Shown: in pieces, positions 1 through 10,828 of the stretch
How the letters are laid out: the number at the start of each line of letters is the position of its first letter
Numbering within the stretch: position 1 is the stretch's first letter
Assembly: GCA_000165345.1 (NCBI GenBank)
Contig: CM000433.1
Span: 256,001 to 320,000 of the forward strand
Length of the DNA stretch: 64,000 bases
Direction of reading: 5' to 3'
The notes under the pieces: model-generated
Seen by the model: the letters and a program-made list of their open reading frames with translations, nothing else
Database searches by the model: none
Told to the model about the DNA's origin: nothing
Program-made: the position numbers and the translations under genes

Positions 1-570
1 TTTGATTATGTCTTTAAGGAATCCATTACTGCATAATTTAGGCAAATATAATTGATTAATACCTAATCTTGAATTGAAAGGAACAAATTTTCTTTCTTGT
101 GTTATTGGGAATGCCAAATGATTTCTTGATATACTGTTTCTCTTTGGAATAATTACTTTATGCATAGGCATTATATCAAATCTCCAATTTAATAAATGAT
201 TTTCTGCTATTTCACTTCTTTCGTTAAAAATTTTTGATTGTAAACTAGAACTCGATTCATTATTGTATTCTTTATAAAACATAATTTTTTTTAATTGGTT
301 GGATATCCATTTTTTTTTGTGTATATTTTTTTCCTTAATATAAACATATTTTAATAGTTTAATGATAAAGTATATATCGTTATTTTTGTTTTCGCAATAG
401 ACATTTAATACAGATTTTGAATTTCTCAAATCATTTATGTTTACAATATTTAAAAATGACTTTTTATAAATTTTAAGAAATGGAAATATTAGATTTGAAA
501 TGTTTCCTTTCTTGTGATCAATTTCATTCGATTTACAACTTGAAAAAGAAGATAAAAATAAAATAGCCAT
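1..570 (-). CDS. Hypothetical protein, partial. The ATG is at 570..568 and the gene runs off the window start. N-terminal hydrophobic signal/anchor-like segment (MAILFLSSFSSCKS).
   Basis: Hand translation of the minus strand gives 190 open codons from the ATG at 570 to position 1 with no stop. It is absent from the ORF track because the stop lies outside the window. No family recognised. Confidence 0.45.
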   Translation of the reverse strand, partial: MAILFLSSFSSCKSNEIDHKKGNISNLIFPFLKIYKKSFLNIVNINDLRNSKSVLNVYCENKNNDIYFIIKLLKYVYIKEKNIHKKKWISNQLKKIMFYKEYNNESSSSLQSKIFNERSEIAENHLLNWRFDIMPMHKVIIPKRNSISRNHLAFPITQERKFVPFNSRLGINQLYLPKLCSNGFLKDIIK

Positions 571-758
571 TTTAATATATAAATATATATTGTAATAAAT
601 CGTGTGGAAACATTTTTTTTTAAATATATTTGTAAAATTTATTTTTAGTTTTTACATTTTTTTTAAATATATTTGGTGTGTAATTATGGGTGATAATAGA
701 TTAAGAAAAAAAATAGTATAATGCTTCATATTTGAATAAATGACTATTTCTAAGAGTA

Positions 759-2249
759 ATGAAAAATCATTATGAGAATAGTGGTTTATTTCAATCATGT
801 TTAGAAAAAGTAGAAGATTATTTTACTCTTGACTTGATTAAGCTGTCTTCAAATGGCTGCTATAATGATTTAGAATGTTTAGGTGGTCAGTTAAAATTTT
901 CATGTTTAACACTACCACCTAAAGGCTTGAATGCATCAAGTGAAGATATTATTGTAGGCATTCCTGTTGGAACATTCAATTCGAGTCAGCTAAGAAAGTT
1001 AGCAAAAATCGTGGAAAATCTTGTTATATTAGAGGAATTGAAGTTTTTCAGATTTTTCGATTTTTTTATTTCATTTTCAAATAAAGATCCAACAAAAAAA
1101 GAATATTTTTTGTTAGATCTTACCAAAAGTGATGGACTAAAATCTGATTTCAAAGAATCAAACGTTTTGATCGAGACAATATATAAAAAAAATTTGGATA
1201 ATTTAGAGTTAAGTGAGACACTAAAACCACTAATTCATGGTACTCTAAAGAAAAAAATAAATGTTATGCAAAGTTTATTAGACCATTTTACTAAAAATAC
1301 AAATTTATTAATTGACCAAGTCATGGATAAATTTGATGAAAAATCAATAAACTTGAACAGGAAACTCGAGACGGCACAAAACAAAATATTGTTACAGGAG
1401 GCAAAAGTAAATCGTCTTAATGATGTAGCTTGGAAAATTATTAAGCAATTTGGTGAATTAAAAGAACTGGATTTTTCAGAAAGTGAAACAATTTTTTGTG
1501 TGGATATAAGTAAGGAACAACTAGAAGAAAAAACTTATAGAGAAGTACTGACGTTACAAGAAGCACTTCAAATAAGAAGATCACATGGGGGAGAAGGATT
1601 GCCAGAAGATTTTGAATCACCTGACAAATTATTGCAGTTTGGAAGAGTTGAAGGTGGAGCTCCGAATAACTTTGAAGATGAAATTAGCCCACAGGAAAAG
1701 GAAGTAATTTCGAAAAATCTCCAAGAGGGTATTTGGGATCCAATGAAAAACAATACAAACTTAAATCATATGCACTTCCGTAAAATTGACTGGATGCAAA
1801 CCGACACCATACACCCTGCATTTATACAATTATTGAAATTAAAAACAAACAGTGAATCAAAAGATGAAATAAAAAATAAAATAGAAACGTGTTCAAGAAA
1901 TAAAATTTATGATCCAATTTCTGATTATAAAATTAAGAAATTAAATATGATAGATAACATGACTGAAAATAATAAACATTCAACTGTATTTAGTTATCTA
2001 GGTAGGCCAATTCCAAATTTACGTCATCAAGAAATGCCATGCATTCCAAGACAAAAAATTATTGAAAGCATACAACATTCCATGAATACAGAAGTTTCAA
2101 TGAATAAGAAATGGAAGAGCTATGGAAGACCAATAGTAAAAAGAGATATGAAACTTAAAAATCCTGAAGGGTTGAGGATTGAACCACTGAATACCAAAGT
2201 TAGTGACTTTGAAATTTCTAGTAAAGATGTTTATAATATACTGCTTTAG
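759..2249 (+). CDS. Hypothetical protein, 496 aa, no recognisable domain.
   Basis: Long ORF with ATG at 759 and codon usage typical of the window. It is divergent from the upstream minus-strand gene across a 188-nt AT-rich spacer. Confidence 0.5.
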   Translation: MKNHYENSGLFQSCLEKVEDYFTLDLIKLSSNGCYNDLECLGGQLKFSCLTLPPKGLNASSEDIIVGIPVGTFNSSQLRKLAKIVENLVILEELKFFRFFDFFISFSNKDPTKKEYFLLDLTKSDGLKSDFKESNVLIETIYKKNLDNLELSETLKPLIHGTLKKKINVMQSLLDHFTKNTNLLIDQVMDKFDEKSINLNRKLETAQNKILLQEAKVNRLNDVAWKIIKQFGELKELDFSESETIFCVDISKEQLEEKTYREVLTLQEALQIRRSHGGEGLPEDFESPDKLLQFGRVEGGAPNNFEDEISPQEKEVISKNLQEGIWDPMKNNTNLNHMHFRKIDWMQTDTIHPAFIQLLKLKTNSESKDEIKNKIETCSRNKIYDPISDYKIKKLNMIDNMTENNKHSTVFSYLGRPIPNLRHQEMPCIPRQKIIESIQHSMNTEVSMNKKWKSYGRPIVKRDMKLKNPEGLRIEPLNTKVSDFEISSKDVYNILL

Positions 2250-2263
2250 ATGAATTTGGAAAT

Positions 2264-3019
2264 TTAGTATGTTGATGAGCTAATATTAATTATAGAAAGT
2301 GGGTTAGGACTTGACCTTGATTGCGCTTGCTTTAGAAGATGTTGCACTTCAGGTGCATCGGGGTGCACTTTCATAGTATGCTGTGTAAGTCCACTTTGAT
2401 TTCTGCATTTTCTTTGGCAGTATCTACATATGAAATGTTCATTGTTCTGTGTCTGAATATAATTAGGACTTGAGGAGGAGTTTCCTATTGATATTCCTAT
2501 ACCGTTTTGAGGATCAAATTCTGGTGATATTGATGCGATAGGTTCATAACACAACTTTGATAATTGAGGATTTGAAATGATATTTGGGTTTTCACACGAT
2601 TGTAAATTTTGTTGGTCAGAAATTTTTTGGTCGTTTATCCTAAAGTCTACATTGTTAGCTTCAAAATAAATTGGTTGAGAAGTGTTTGATGATAAGATAG
2701 GCGAATTTAAAGCTATGTTTGGTGCTCTATTGGAAATTGTTTGTTGGGGAGTTGCCCTTTTATTTTCTGATGAATAATCACAGGAAAATACTGGTCTTAG
2801 AAGATCATTAACGGTTAGGTGATTTGGAGCCTTTGGCTGGTTACTTAAGTGCGCAAGCAAGAACAAATTTTTTTGTAGCCTTGAAAGTAATACTCTCAAA
2901 AATTCTTCATGTCTATCATTTTTTTTAAATGAGTTGATTCCGTAAATTAACTGTTTATTTTCCTGAATTATATTTTCTACCTGTTCATGCGAAAAAAATG
3001 ACTTATTTGAATACGGCAT
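2264..3019 (-). CDS. SS18/SSXT-family protein (SNH domain) with a C-terminal C2H2 zinc finger.
   Basis: IIQENKQLIYGINSF...FLRVLLSRLQKNLFLLAHLSNQP matches the SS18 N-terminal homology (SNH) domain of SS18/GIF coactivators. The C-terminus has C2H2: FICRYCQRKCRNQSGLTQHTMKVH. I moved the start to the internal ATG (MPYSNK, about 3019) because the upstream 52 codons of the track ORF are hydrophobic junk. Confidence 0.55.
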   Translation of the reverse strand: MPYSNKSFFSHEQVENIIQENKQLIYGINSFKKNDRHEEFLRVLLSRLQKNLFLLAHLSNQPKAPNHLTVNDLLRPVFSCDYSSENKRATPQQTISNRAPNIALNSPILSSNTSQPIYFEANNVDFRINDQKISDQQNLQSCENPNIISNPQLSKLCYEPIASISPEFDPQNGIGISIGNSSSSPNYIQTQNNEHFICRYCQRKCRNQSGLTQHTMKVHPDAPEVQHLLKQAQSRSSPNPLSIINISSSTY

Positions 3020-3408
3020 GATGCTAAATAGTGAACTTAAAATTTTTTTTGTAATAAATTCGTGCTTTATTATAAGACTGAATAAAACCTTCCCAAATAG
3101 CGAAAGCTTTATTATATACTTAAAAAGTATTTCAAAATGAATTAGATTGATCACCCAGATACAATATCTATGCAAGTATTATTAAAGGCTTTAATAATTA
3201 GTACACTAAGAATACACAAAATTAAGCTTTTTTGCTTTAATTACCTTTGATAAATTTCTGAAATAAACTTAATGAGCTTTTTGAATAGCATTAAATACTT
3301 ATTCTGTTATAGACTTCTGTTATGAATATTAAAAAACATTATTTGCCCTGCTATTTCTAAAGCGCTTAAAGAAATTAGCATTAGATTTGCGAAACAAAGT
3401 TAAACAAT

Positions 3409-5139
3409 ATGGGGCCCATCATTCGTGATATTTTGGGCGTCACTCCCAATATAAAAATAGTTTCCCAGATGAACGAGAAGCTGAAGAATGATGATTCACC
3501 TGGTAATTATGGAAAGAAAACACTTAAAAGTCCAAATTTGGAGATGGTTAGCATTCCTATTAATACTTCAATTGGAATTTCATCAAAACAAAAACCTATA
3601 TCTAATTGGGAATGGGTTAAATTTAGGAATAGCGCACGCAATGATTCTCTTAAATTATATCACTGGTCAAAAGTACAAAGTTCAAACAAGCAAGAGGTTT
3701 GCATTAGCGGAAATAAAGAATTGAATTTAAAAGATAAATTAAAGAAAGAAAATAACTCTGTTCTTACTCCCACAGATGATACTTTGCAAAAAGATAGCCA
3801 TACGAGTAATTATTATTTTTCGAAGTTCAATAAGCATCCAACCATTTATAGCATTCAATCAGACCAATACAACAAATTTATCAAGGATATAGATCCTGAT
3901 TGGACAGAAGATGATACTTATTTACTATTTGACTTGTGTAAGGAATTCGATTTAAGATTTATCGTTATTCACGACAGATATATTCCGCCATCTGGGAAAC
4001 AACGTACACTGGAACAACTTAAACAAAGATATTACTCTGTTTCAAAAAAGTTGGTTGAACTCAGCTTCGACTCTAGAAGGAGAGCTCTTGGAAATTCTCC
4101 TGACCCATCAATTCTTGCTTCTCTCAAGGAGGAACGTAATCGGCATCCATATATTAGGTATTCATATAATTTTGAGCAAGATAGAAATAGAAGAGTTGCT
4201 TTGATTGAAAGTTTTAGTGATCGAAATACAAGGAAAAATGCCAAGAAAATTATTTCTGATATTCATCCAAAGCCTAATCAACACAATAACAAGAAAGGGA
4301 GTATGTATATACAAAAATGCGTAGGGGATTTGGTTGAAATTGAAAATGAAATTGAGCAAGAGTTTAAGTTCATCTCAAAGCTAAAATTACATGATTCATT
4401 CGGCCCAAAGAAAAGCGGCGTTACGACCGTAGGAGCATTATGCTTTCAATATATTTCCAATCTTCCTAGGAAATTCTCTTCAGATGTAGAGAATTTTTTA
4501 AAACATTTCAAACTTGATATTTTCCCATTGCCATTTTTAAATATTGAAGTTGCAGAACAATACTGTGCAATGAGGTGCGATTTATTAATTTTACTTTCAA
4601 CCAGAAAAAAACTACAACGTCTAAATTCGTTCAAACATGCTTGGCAAGAAAAATTGAGGAATGCAATTATTCAAAATGATGAGTTTGGGCATGCAAATCA
4701 AGTTGAGCACGATGAAAAAAATAGAAGCTCTTTAGTCAATTCTTCAGGAAGACAATATCATGCTTCCGTTCCATCACCTGCTCTCAACACTTCAAGAAGT
4801 TTTTCCTCGAAAACTAGAGGCAAATCCATTAGAATGCAAGAGCAAACATCAGGCCAAATTGTTATTTCCGATGTAAATAATATTTCAATCGCAACACAAT
4901 TTAATCAAAATAATGAAGCAGTGAAGAGGGATACTGATTTAATTGAAAAGCCCAGGAAAAGGTCTAAATCAAATGTTTCAAGGTTTTTAACTCAACAAAA
5001 TGGGTTTTCTAATCAACATGGAACTCATTTGAGCTCCATACAAATATTAAATGGGCAAGCTGTTGCTACACCCACAAATTCTACACAGAACGAGCAGTTT
5101 TTGCTACATAACGACTCAATAATTAGAAGTGATATTTGA
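3409..5139 (+). CDS. DMAP1: DMAP1/SWC4 (Eaf2)-like SANT-domain protein, a component of NuA4/SWR1-type chromatin complexes.
   Basis: YYFSKFNKHPTIYSIQSDQYNKFI and DPDWTEDDTYLLFDLCKEFDLRFIVIHDRY...LEQLKQRYYSVSKKL closely match the conserved DMAP1/Swc4 SANT region ([27 protein letters not shown]). Confidence 0.75.
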   Translation: MGPIIRDILGVTPNIKIVSQMNEKLKNDDSPGNYGKKTLKSPNLEMVSIPINTSIGISSKQKPISNWEWVKFRNSARNDSLKLYHWSKVQSSNKQEVCISGNKELNLKDKLKKENNSVLTPTDDTLQKDSHTSNYYFSKFNKHPTIYSIQSDQYNKFIKDIDPDWTEDDTYLLFDLCKEFDLRFIVIHDRYIPPSGKQRTLEQLKQRYYSVSKKLVELSFDSRRRALGNSPDPSILASLKEERNRHPYIRYSYNFEQDRNRRVALIESFSDRNTRKNAKKIISDIHPKPNQHNNKKGSMYIQKCVGDLVEIENEIEQEFKFISKLKLHDSFGPKKSGVTTVGALCFQYISNLPRKFSSDVENFLKHFKLDIFPLPFLNIEVAEQYCAMRCDLLILLSTRKKLQRLNSFKHAWQEKLRNAIIQNDEFGHANQVEHDEKNRSSLVNSSGRQYHASVPSPALNTSRSFSSKTRGKSIRMQEQTSGQIVISDVNNISIATQFNQNNEAVKRDTDLIEKPRKRSKSNVSRFLTQQNGFSNQHGTHLSSIQILNGQAVATPTNSTQNEQFLLHNDSIIRSDI

Positions 5140-5153
5140 TATTCGAATATATA

Positions 5154-6473
5154 TTACGAATTTTCACTTTCTGAAGACCATACTCTAATGGTGCGGTCTA
5201 ACCCAACTGTGATAATTCTTTGTCCATTTGAAGAAATATCCATACCTGTAATTTTATGTGAATTAGTATCTACACGCTTTATGCATGAATAAGTTATACG
5301 GCTAAAGTCTGAATTAAAGTCAATTGTAGACTCATTCTTAAGCTTTGAAGTCGACCAAATTTTGATGCTTTCGTCTAAAGACGCAGAGGCAATGTATCTC
5401 CCTTTTTTTGGTTCGTACTGAACTTTTGAAATCTGTTTCGAATGCCCCAAAAGGCTAGATAACAAAGGTTTGTCAAATCTTCTTAAATCCCAAATCTTAA
5501 TATAATTATCTTGAGAGGATGTAATAAATGTAGCGTCACAGTTGGGAGAAAACTGAGAGGTAATGATTTTTTTTGAGTGAGCCAGCTGGGATAATATTGA
5601 CCTTCCCGTTCGGATATCCCAAATCCTGAATGCCCCTCCAGAATCTCCACTAACAACGAGAGCTCCATCTGGATGCACATCTAACCCGAAGATTGGTCTA
5701 GAATGACCTTCCTGAACTTGAACTTGATTTAAAGTTTCAATGTCCCAGATTCTCCATGTTTCGTCACTGCTAGCAGAAAATAAATGTTTTGAAAATGGAT
5801 GTATAACGATTTTATTTACCTGATCTTCATGTCCGATGTATTTATTTTCCACTTGACTGTTATTCCATAAAAATATGTTTGCATTTAAATCGCAGGAAAA
5901 TAGTTTTGAATTTCCCTCGTCTGTAACAATCCAGTTTACATCTGTAATGCTATGCTTATGAGACTTTAGGAAAAAGTCCTGAATTAATTTTTTTGAATCC
6001 CAAACTTTTAAGTCACCACTCAAGCCATATGTGGCAATTTTGTCTTCAAGCGGAGAAATGCTGCATCCCAATATATATCTAGTATCACACATTTCACAAA
6101 TGTTTTGTCTGATATTCAGCGTGAAACGGGTCAAAAAATCATCCTTTTCTTTTGTTAAGATTTTTTCAGAAAATTCTCTAGTATATTTTAATCTGTAATA
6201 TGATTTCTTAATCGATAGTGCGAGGATTTTCTTCCTAAAAGACATCAATTCATCTGTTCCTTCTGAAAAAAATGTCTCTTTTGCCAAGGGCTTGACAGAA
6301 TCCTTAATTACTTCAGTCGAGTTTTTTTGCCTTTCAATTAAATTAGATAGCCTTTCTCTTCTTCTATACTGATCTTCTCCAAAGTAGCATATCGGTTCTC
6401 CAAGTTCGCGAAGTTGAAGTTTTACAATTTCATCATTTGTAGAAACAGCCGAGTTGATAAATATGTAATTCAT
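5154..6473 (-). CDS. PRP4: U4/U6 snRNP protein PRP4: N-terminal PRP4/SFM motif plus WD40 repeats.
   Basis: The N-terminal LRELGEPICYFGEDQYRRRERL is the PRP3/PRP4 SFM signature. It is followed by multiple WD40 units (GH...WD dipeptides, e.g. ASSDETWRIWDI, FRIWDIRTG, IKIWDLRR). Confidence 0.75.
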   Translation of the reverse strand: MNYIFINSAVSTNDEIVKLQLRELGEPICYFGEDQYRRRERLSNLIERQKNSTEVIKDSVKPLAKETFFSEGTDELMSFRKKILALSIKKSYYRLKYTREFSEKILTKEKDDFLTRFTLNIRQNICEMCDTRYILGCSISPLEDKIATYGLSGDLKVWDSKKLIQDFFLKSHKHSITDVNWIVTDEGNSKLFSCDLNANIFLWNNSQVENKYIGHEDQVNKIVIHPFSKHLFSASSDETWRIWDIETLNQVQVQEGHSRPIFGLDVHPDGALVVSGDSGGAFRIWDIRTGRSILSQLAHSKKIITSQFSPNCDATFITSSQDNYIKIWDLRRFDKPLLSSLLGHSKQISKVQYEPKKGRYIASASLDESIKIWSTSKLKNESTIDFNSDFSRITYSCIKRVDTNSHKITGMDISSNGQRIITVGLDRTIRVWSSESENS

Positions 6474-6717
6474 ACTTGGTATGAAGACAACAAATTATAA
6501 CATACAAAGATTGATAATATTAAATAATCAAATCTTATACAAAGTAGCTCAAATATTAATCATCTCCTTAAAATTCACTGAATGATATCGATCTATTACA
6601 AGAATTTGGCTTTATTTGTTTTACTCCCCTTAAGTGAGGAAAATGATTACCGCAATAATTTAGAACAGCATTTTTTTCTTTTTTACGAGAAATTAAGAAA
6701 TATTAACAGTTGGATTT

Positions 6718-8052
6718 ATGACCGAAAATCAAGGATATAAGCAAGACATTTTGAGTAGTAGTACTCCAAATATGTCTAAAGAAAATAAAAATGAAAAGAT
6801 AAACACTACTTTTGACGCAGATCAAGATAATAGCACAAAGCCAATTATTGAAAAAATTCCATTACACACAGAAGCTGAATACAATTGCTGTGAAGATGTT
6901 AAAGTTAAAAATAATGCTGACTACCCAATTAGAGAGCATAATGGCGTAAATAACTCTCATAATGTTTCAGAGTATGCAGTTCAAGGAGAAGTTTATTCTT
7001 GCATGGAACCATTAGTTTACGATAAAAACAACAACAACACTATTGTTCTTGTTACTGGAGCAACGGGATTTATTGCATCACATATTGTGGAGCGATTGTT
7101 GCTTAGAGGATATAAAGTTCGTGCAACAACAAGATCGAAAAATAGCCAAAATTCGGACTCTTTATTAAATTTCCATTTTGCTGATGAGAATTTAATGCTT
7201 TATGAAGCAGATTTATTAAATAGTGAATGCTGGAAAGAGTTGGTTAAGGGATGTAGAATTGTGATTCATTGCGCGTCTCCATATAAAATGGATTGTAAGG
7301 ATCCATATGAAATTATAGATCCTGCAATTATTGGAACAAAAAATGTTATTCATGCATGCTGTATGTGCGATGATGTAAAGACTGTTGTTTTAACTTCATC
7401 AATTGCCGCGGTTGTAGGGGCTTATAAAGATGGAAAAGTATATTCCGAGATTGATTGGAATGAAGATTGTAATCCTTTGATACACCCATATTTGTACAGT
7501 AAGGTTGAAGCAGAGAAAATAGCTTATAAGGTAGTGGATGAATGCCGTAAGTCACTAAATCTAATAGTTGTGAACCCGGGCATGGTAATTGGTCCTTCTT
7601 ATAGAAGTGATGTAAATCAATCGGTTCAATGGATTTATAATATGATTACTGGTAGAATGCCACTGACTGTAGACTTACAGACAGGCTGGGTTGATGTAAG
7701 AGATGTCGCAGAAATACATATTAGACTTTTCGAGTCTGGCAAATTTTCCGGGAGATTTATTTGTATCGAAGGAATGTATACATTTCTCGATATTTCTAGA
7801 ATGATAAAACACATCTCACCTCAGCTAAACCCACCTAATCATTCCCTTCCTAATTTCATAGCCAAAATTATTCTTCCTCTATTCGCTTCAAAAAATGAGA
7901 AAGATTTTTTGAAAACATCATTAGGAAAAAGAATATTACTTAGCAATGGTAGGTTATTATCGCATCTACCTAATTACAAATTTTTGTCGACATTCGAATC
8001 GGTAAAAGATACATGTAATGATTTAACAAACAAGTTCGATATCAAAAAATAA
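6718..8052 (+). CDS. NAD(P)-dependent epimerase/dehydratase (extended SDR; cinnamoyl-CoA reductase / 3-beta-HSD-like ketoreductase) with an N-terminal extension of about 100 aa.
   Basis: Rossmann motif VLVTGATGFIASHIVERLL and the catalytic YSKVEAEK (YxxxK) motif. Overall length fits the family. Confidence 0.7.
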   Translation: MTENQGYKQDILSSSTPNMSKENKNEKINTTFDADQDNSTKPIIEKIPLHTEAEYNCCEDVKVKNNADYPIREHNGVNNSHNVSEYAVQGEVYSCMEPLVYDKNNNNTIVLVTGATGFIASHIVERLLLRGYKVRATTRSKNSQNSDSLLNFHFADENLMLYEADLLNSECWKELVKGCRIVIHCASPYKMDCKDPYEIIDPAIIGTKNVIHACCMCDDVKTVVLTSSIAAVVGAYKDGKVYSEIDWNEDCNPLIHPYLYSKVEAEKIAYKVVDECRKSLNLIVVNPGMVIGPSYRSDVNQSVQWIYNMITGRMPLTVDLQTGWVDVRDVAEIHIRLFESGKFSGRFICIEGMYTFLDISRMIKHISPQLNPPNHSLPNFIAKIILPLFASKNEKDFLKTSLGKRILLSNGRLLSHLPNYKFLSTFESVKDTCNDLTNKFDIKK

Positions 8053-8092
8053 AATTGAAATGATCTAGATATATTATTAGCTATTTCTACAA

Positions 8093-9253
8093 CTAGAGTC
8101 CTTTGCCTTCAAGGCTAATTTTCATTGCATGCTTAGATCTGTTCCTAGTGCGACTACTTCTGTTAATGCTAATATTTCCAATCGACTTATCTGTAAATGT
8201 GCTTGCATTGTGCTCTATACTTGAGTTATCGTTTTGCGGGATTACCTTGAAGTTATAGCCAGTATTAATTGGGATTCTCGCCGTTCTGGGTTCAATATGG
8301 AATGAACTTTTTTTAGAAGTTGACTCATTATTGTTAGATTTAATTTGTGATTTCAGGCTTTCAGGTGTAATTGGAACTTTATCAATTGTTTCCAAGGATG
8401 AGGGCCTATCTTTAGAAATAAGTCTCACCCAGCGTTGTATTAGCGTTCTTATAATTTGTCTATTCTCAATGGTCTCAGCAGAATTTTTCCAAAGTTTACA
8501 CAAAGTTTTTCCTAATTCTGTAGAGGTTATATCTTCTTCTCCCAAAGGAATGTTGCTTATTAGTTTTAAAATTTTATTTCGTATTGATAGGTTTGGAAGA
8601 GTGCCGTCTTTAAAAGGCGAAAGCCATTGACTTAGAACATCGAGCACCCCCTCAGAAATAAAGTAATTCGATAGGTTATTCATCGATACTCTTTTACAAA
8701 CTTCATCAATCATTTTCAGTTTTGAAATTGCAACTTTTCCATCAGAATAAGCAATTTCATCCTTATTAGCTGCATCTTTCATTAGTTGAATAAATTCCCT
8801 AATTTCAGTACGGACTTCCGTTTCAGAAAATTTCCTTCCAAGAGAATTTTTGTGAACATTCAAACTTGTGTCTTCAATAAAGTCATTGCTAATTTTCTCG
8901 TCGCATTCATCGTCTGATGATTTAATTCCTCCCTCGACTCGAATAATATCATCCTCATCAAAATCAGAAGACCCGTCTTCAACTATAAAGTCATCAACAC
9001 GCAAATCATCGTTATTAGGAAGAACAAATTTGTTATTTTTTTCATCATTTACATGAATTTGAGTGAAATGTTTTTTAATCTTTCTTTTTTTCCTTTTAAC
9101 TTCATGTAAGTTTTTGGTTTCTTGTTCTTTTTCCGGAAAAGTGTTGGAATTAAATTGCTCTGAAGTTACTAATTCAAGATCTATAATTGATTCACCAATT
9201 CTGTTCGTTCTATTGTTAGATATTCCGGAGTCGAATTCGTTAGTTTCAACCAT
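8093..9253 (-). CDS. IWS1: IWS1/Spn1 transcription elongation factor (TFIIS N-terminal-like domain).
   Basis: SEGVLDVLSQWLSPFKDGTLPNLSIRNKILKLISNIP...LGKTLCKLWKNSAETIENRQIIRTLIQRW matches the conserved IWS1 core (LevL..WL.PLPDGSLP.L.IR..IL..L..Lp...). Acidic and basic N-terminal region as in IWS1. Confidence 0.75.
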   Translation of the reverse strand: MVETNEFDSGISNNRTNRIGESIIDLELVTSEQFNSNTFPEKEQETKNLHEVKRKKRKIKKHFTQIHVNDEKNNKFVLPNNDDLRVDDFIVEDGSSDFDEDDIIRVEGGIKSSDDECDEKISNDFIEDTSLNVHKNSLGRKFSETEVRTEIREFIQLMKDAANKDEIAYSDGKVAISKLKMIDEVCKRVSMNNLSNYFISEGVLDVLSQWLSPFKDGTLPNLSIRNKILKLISNIPLGEEDITSTELGKTLCKLWKNSAETIENRQIIRTLIQRWVRLISKDRPSSLETIDKVPITPESLKSQIKSNNNESTSKKSSFHIEPRTARIPINTGYNFKVIPQNDNSSIEHNASTFTDKSIGNISINRSSRTRNRSKHAMKISLEGKGL

Positions 9254-9538
9254 AGGAAAAAAACAATTTTTAATGGCATTCGCCCGCTATGAATTTTAAG
9301 GAATAATTATTTATTAACAATTAAAAAAAAAGTCATTTTGGGGAAAGGAAAGGGCAGTTAATTAAGAATTATATCTTTTAGTTAACTCAGGAATCTGCTT
9401 CTAAAGGCTAAATTCAAGTTTTAGTCATTTTTGACTACCAGAGAACTAGGGTAACTCCAATTAATATTCTTGATCATCTGGTTAATTAATATGCGAATCT
9501 ATTTCAAAACAACTATAAATTGAAATAAAGTTTTTATC

Positions 9539-10828
9539 ATGCCTGTTATTAATTGCAGTTCAACACGTTTGAGAACTGACTTAATAGATTATATTTGGAC
9601 GATTGAAGATTTTCCTTTACTAAGAACGCTCGCAATGCAGCGTGCATTGCCTAATCACGACAGAATAATAAGTAAAAAATTTGGTGATCAGCATAATGGA
9701 ACTTGGTTTCTAACCATATTTCCTGCAGGAGTAAACTGCGATGGTGATATGCTATCAATTTATTTATTTTCATACTCTGAACAAATCAGGATTGCACAAT
9801 TTGAAATTTCTTTATTAGATGATAAGTTAAATATCATTGAGGGTACAACAGTCTCGCTTTCTCAACCTCGAATTTTCAATGTTCATGATTCAAGTTGGGG
9901 ATGGGAGGATTATATGCGAATTGATATAATCGACGATACTAGTTTAAATGACATGAGTATTAAAAATTCTCCAAGTCAAGCAATTCCCTCCCCATTTGGG
10001 AATGACCTGGGAAGAACGCTATCACCAGATGAATTAATTTATTTTTCGGATGAAGGCTTAGACACATATAGCGTTCAAAACCATTTATTAGATGGAAGCA
10101 GTGAAATAAAATCTTCTGAAGATAACATTTTGAATTGGGAGAGAACTGTACTTAAATATTTTATTTTTGGTGGTGCAATCCGTGTAAAAATAAATATCAA
10201 GTCATTTAAAGATTTTATTCATTCAGATGGGAGCGTAATGGTTCCTAATTTTTTATCAAACAGAATTGCTACTCAAGATTATTTATGGCTTGCAAACGAC
10301 ATTTCCAAACTTTCTAAAGAGTGCTCAGATAAATTATGCGAAAAAGTTACACTAAATTGCGGTACCGAGCTCTTTCATGTCCCCAAGTTTGCACTTGCTG
10401 CTAGATCGAAGTACTTCCAGAATTTTTTTTTATCAAACTTCTCAGATTCAAATGCTAAGTATTTTTCAATTCCAGTTGGCGATGCATCACCATATATTCT
10501 AAGAAATGCATTAGATTATATTTTAACTGGAGATTGCAGATTATTAAGTGATGAAAACATTAAAAACTGGAAGGAGATAATAGATTTATTCAGATTTTCA
10601 GACAAGTATGGAATTAAATCGTTGTACAATGCATGCGTGCCCGCAATTATTGCAAATATCAATTCAGAATCCGTATGGGCTACTATGATAATTGCAAAAC
10701 AATGTAATTCAGATAAAATTCTTAAATCAGTGGAACATTTTTTTAAGACAAGTGGGGATTTTTCTTTAATTGTAAATGCTCTAGTTGGCCACATATTAGA
10801 ATATAAAAACTCTATAGTTAAAGGCTAA
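9539..10828 (+). CDS. MATH-BTB (SPOP-like) protein.
   Basis: N-terminal MATH/TRAF-like region (YIWTIEDFPLL...GTWFLTIFPAG...LSIYLF). C-terminal BTB/POZ: VTLNCGTELFHVPKFALAARSKYFQNFF...SIPVGDASPYILRNALDYILTG. Confidence 0.65.
   Translation: MPVINCSSTRLRTDLIDYIWTIEDFPLLRTLAMQRALPNHDRIISKKFGDQHNGTWFLTIFPAGVNCDGDMLSIYLFSYSEQIRIAQFEISLLDDKLNIIEGTTVSLSQPRIFNVHDSSWGWEDYMRIDIIDDTSLNDMSIKNSPSQAIPSPFGNDLGRTLSPDELIYFSDEGLDTYSVQNHLLDGSSEIKSSEDNILNWERTVLKYFIFGGAIRVKINIKSFKDFIHSDGSVMVPNFLSNRIATQDYLWLANDISKLSKECSDKLCEKVTLNCGTELFHVPKFALAARSKYFQNFFLSNFSDSNAKYFSIPVGDASPYILRNALDYILTGDCRLLSDENIKNWKEIIDLFRFSDKYGIKSLYNACVPAIIANINSESVWATMIIAKQCNSDKILKSVEHFFKTSGDFSLIVNALVGHILEYKNSIVKG

Noticed and set aside
1568-1753. 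Numerous short ORFs (60-100 aa) nested inside or antisense to long genes (for example 1568..1753, 3488..3724, 4032..4634, 5483..5680, 7346..7555, 8331..9299, 10516..10794, 12295..12549, 14136..14620, 16216..17026, 17123..18826, 23039..24460, 31018..31485, 36542..37168, 43162..43350, 44433..44645, 49844..50080, 51734..51931, 52954..53160, 54232..54621, 59633..62570)
   Set aside because: All lie within better-supported long ORFs on the same or opposite strand. AT-rich sequence generates such ORFs at random.
2264-3175. N-terminal 52 codons of track ORF 2264..3175 (MHRYCIWVINLIHF...)
   Set aside because: Hydrophobic low-complexity read-through of the AT-rich 5' region. The conserved SNH domain begins at the internal Met, so the start was moved to about 3019.
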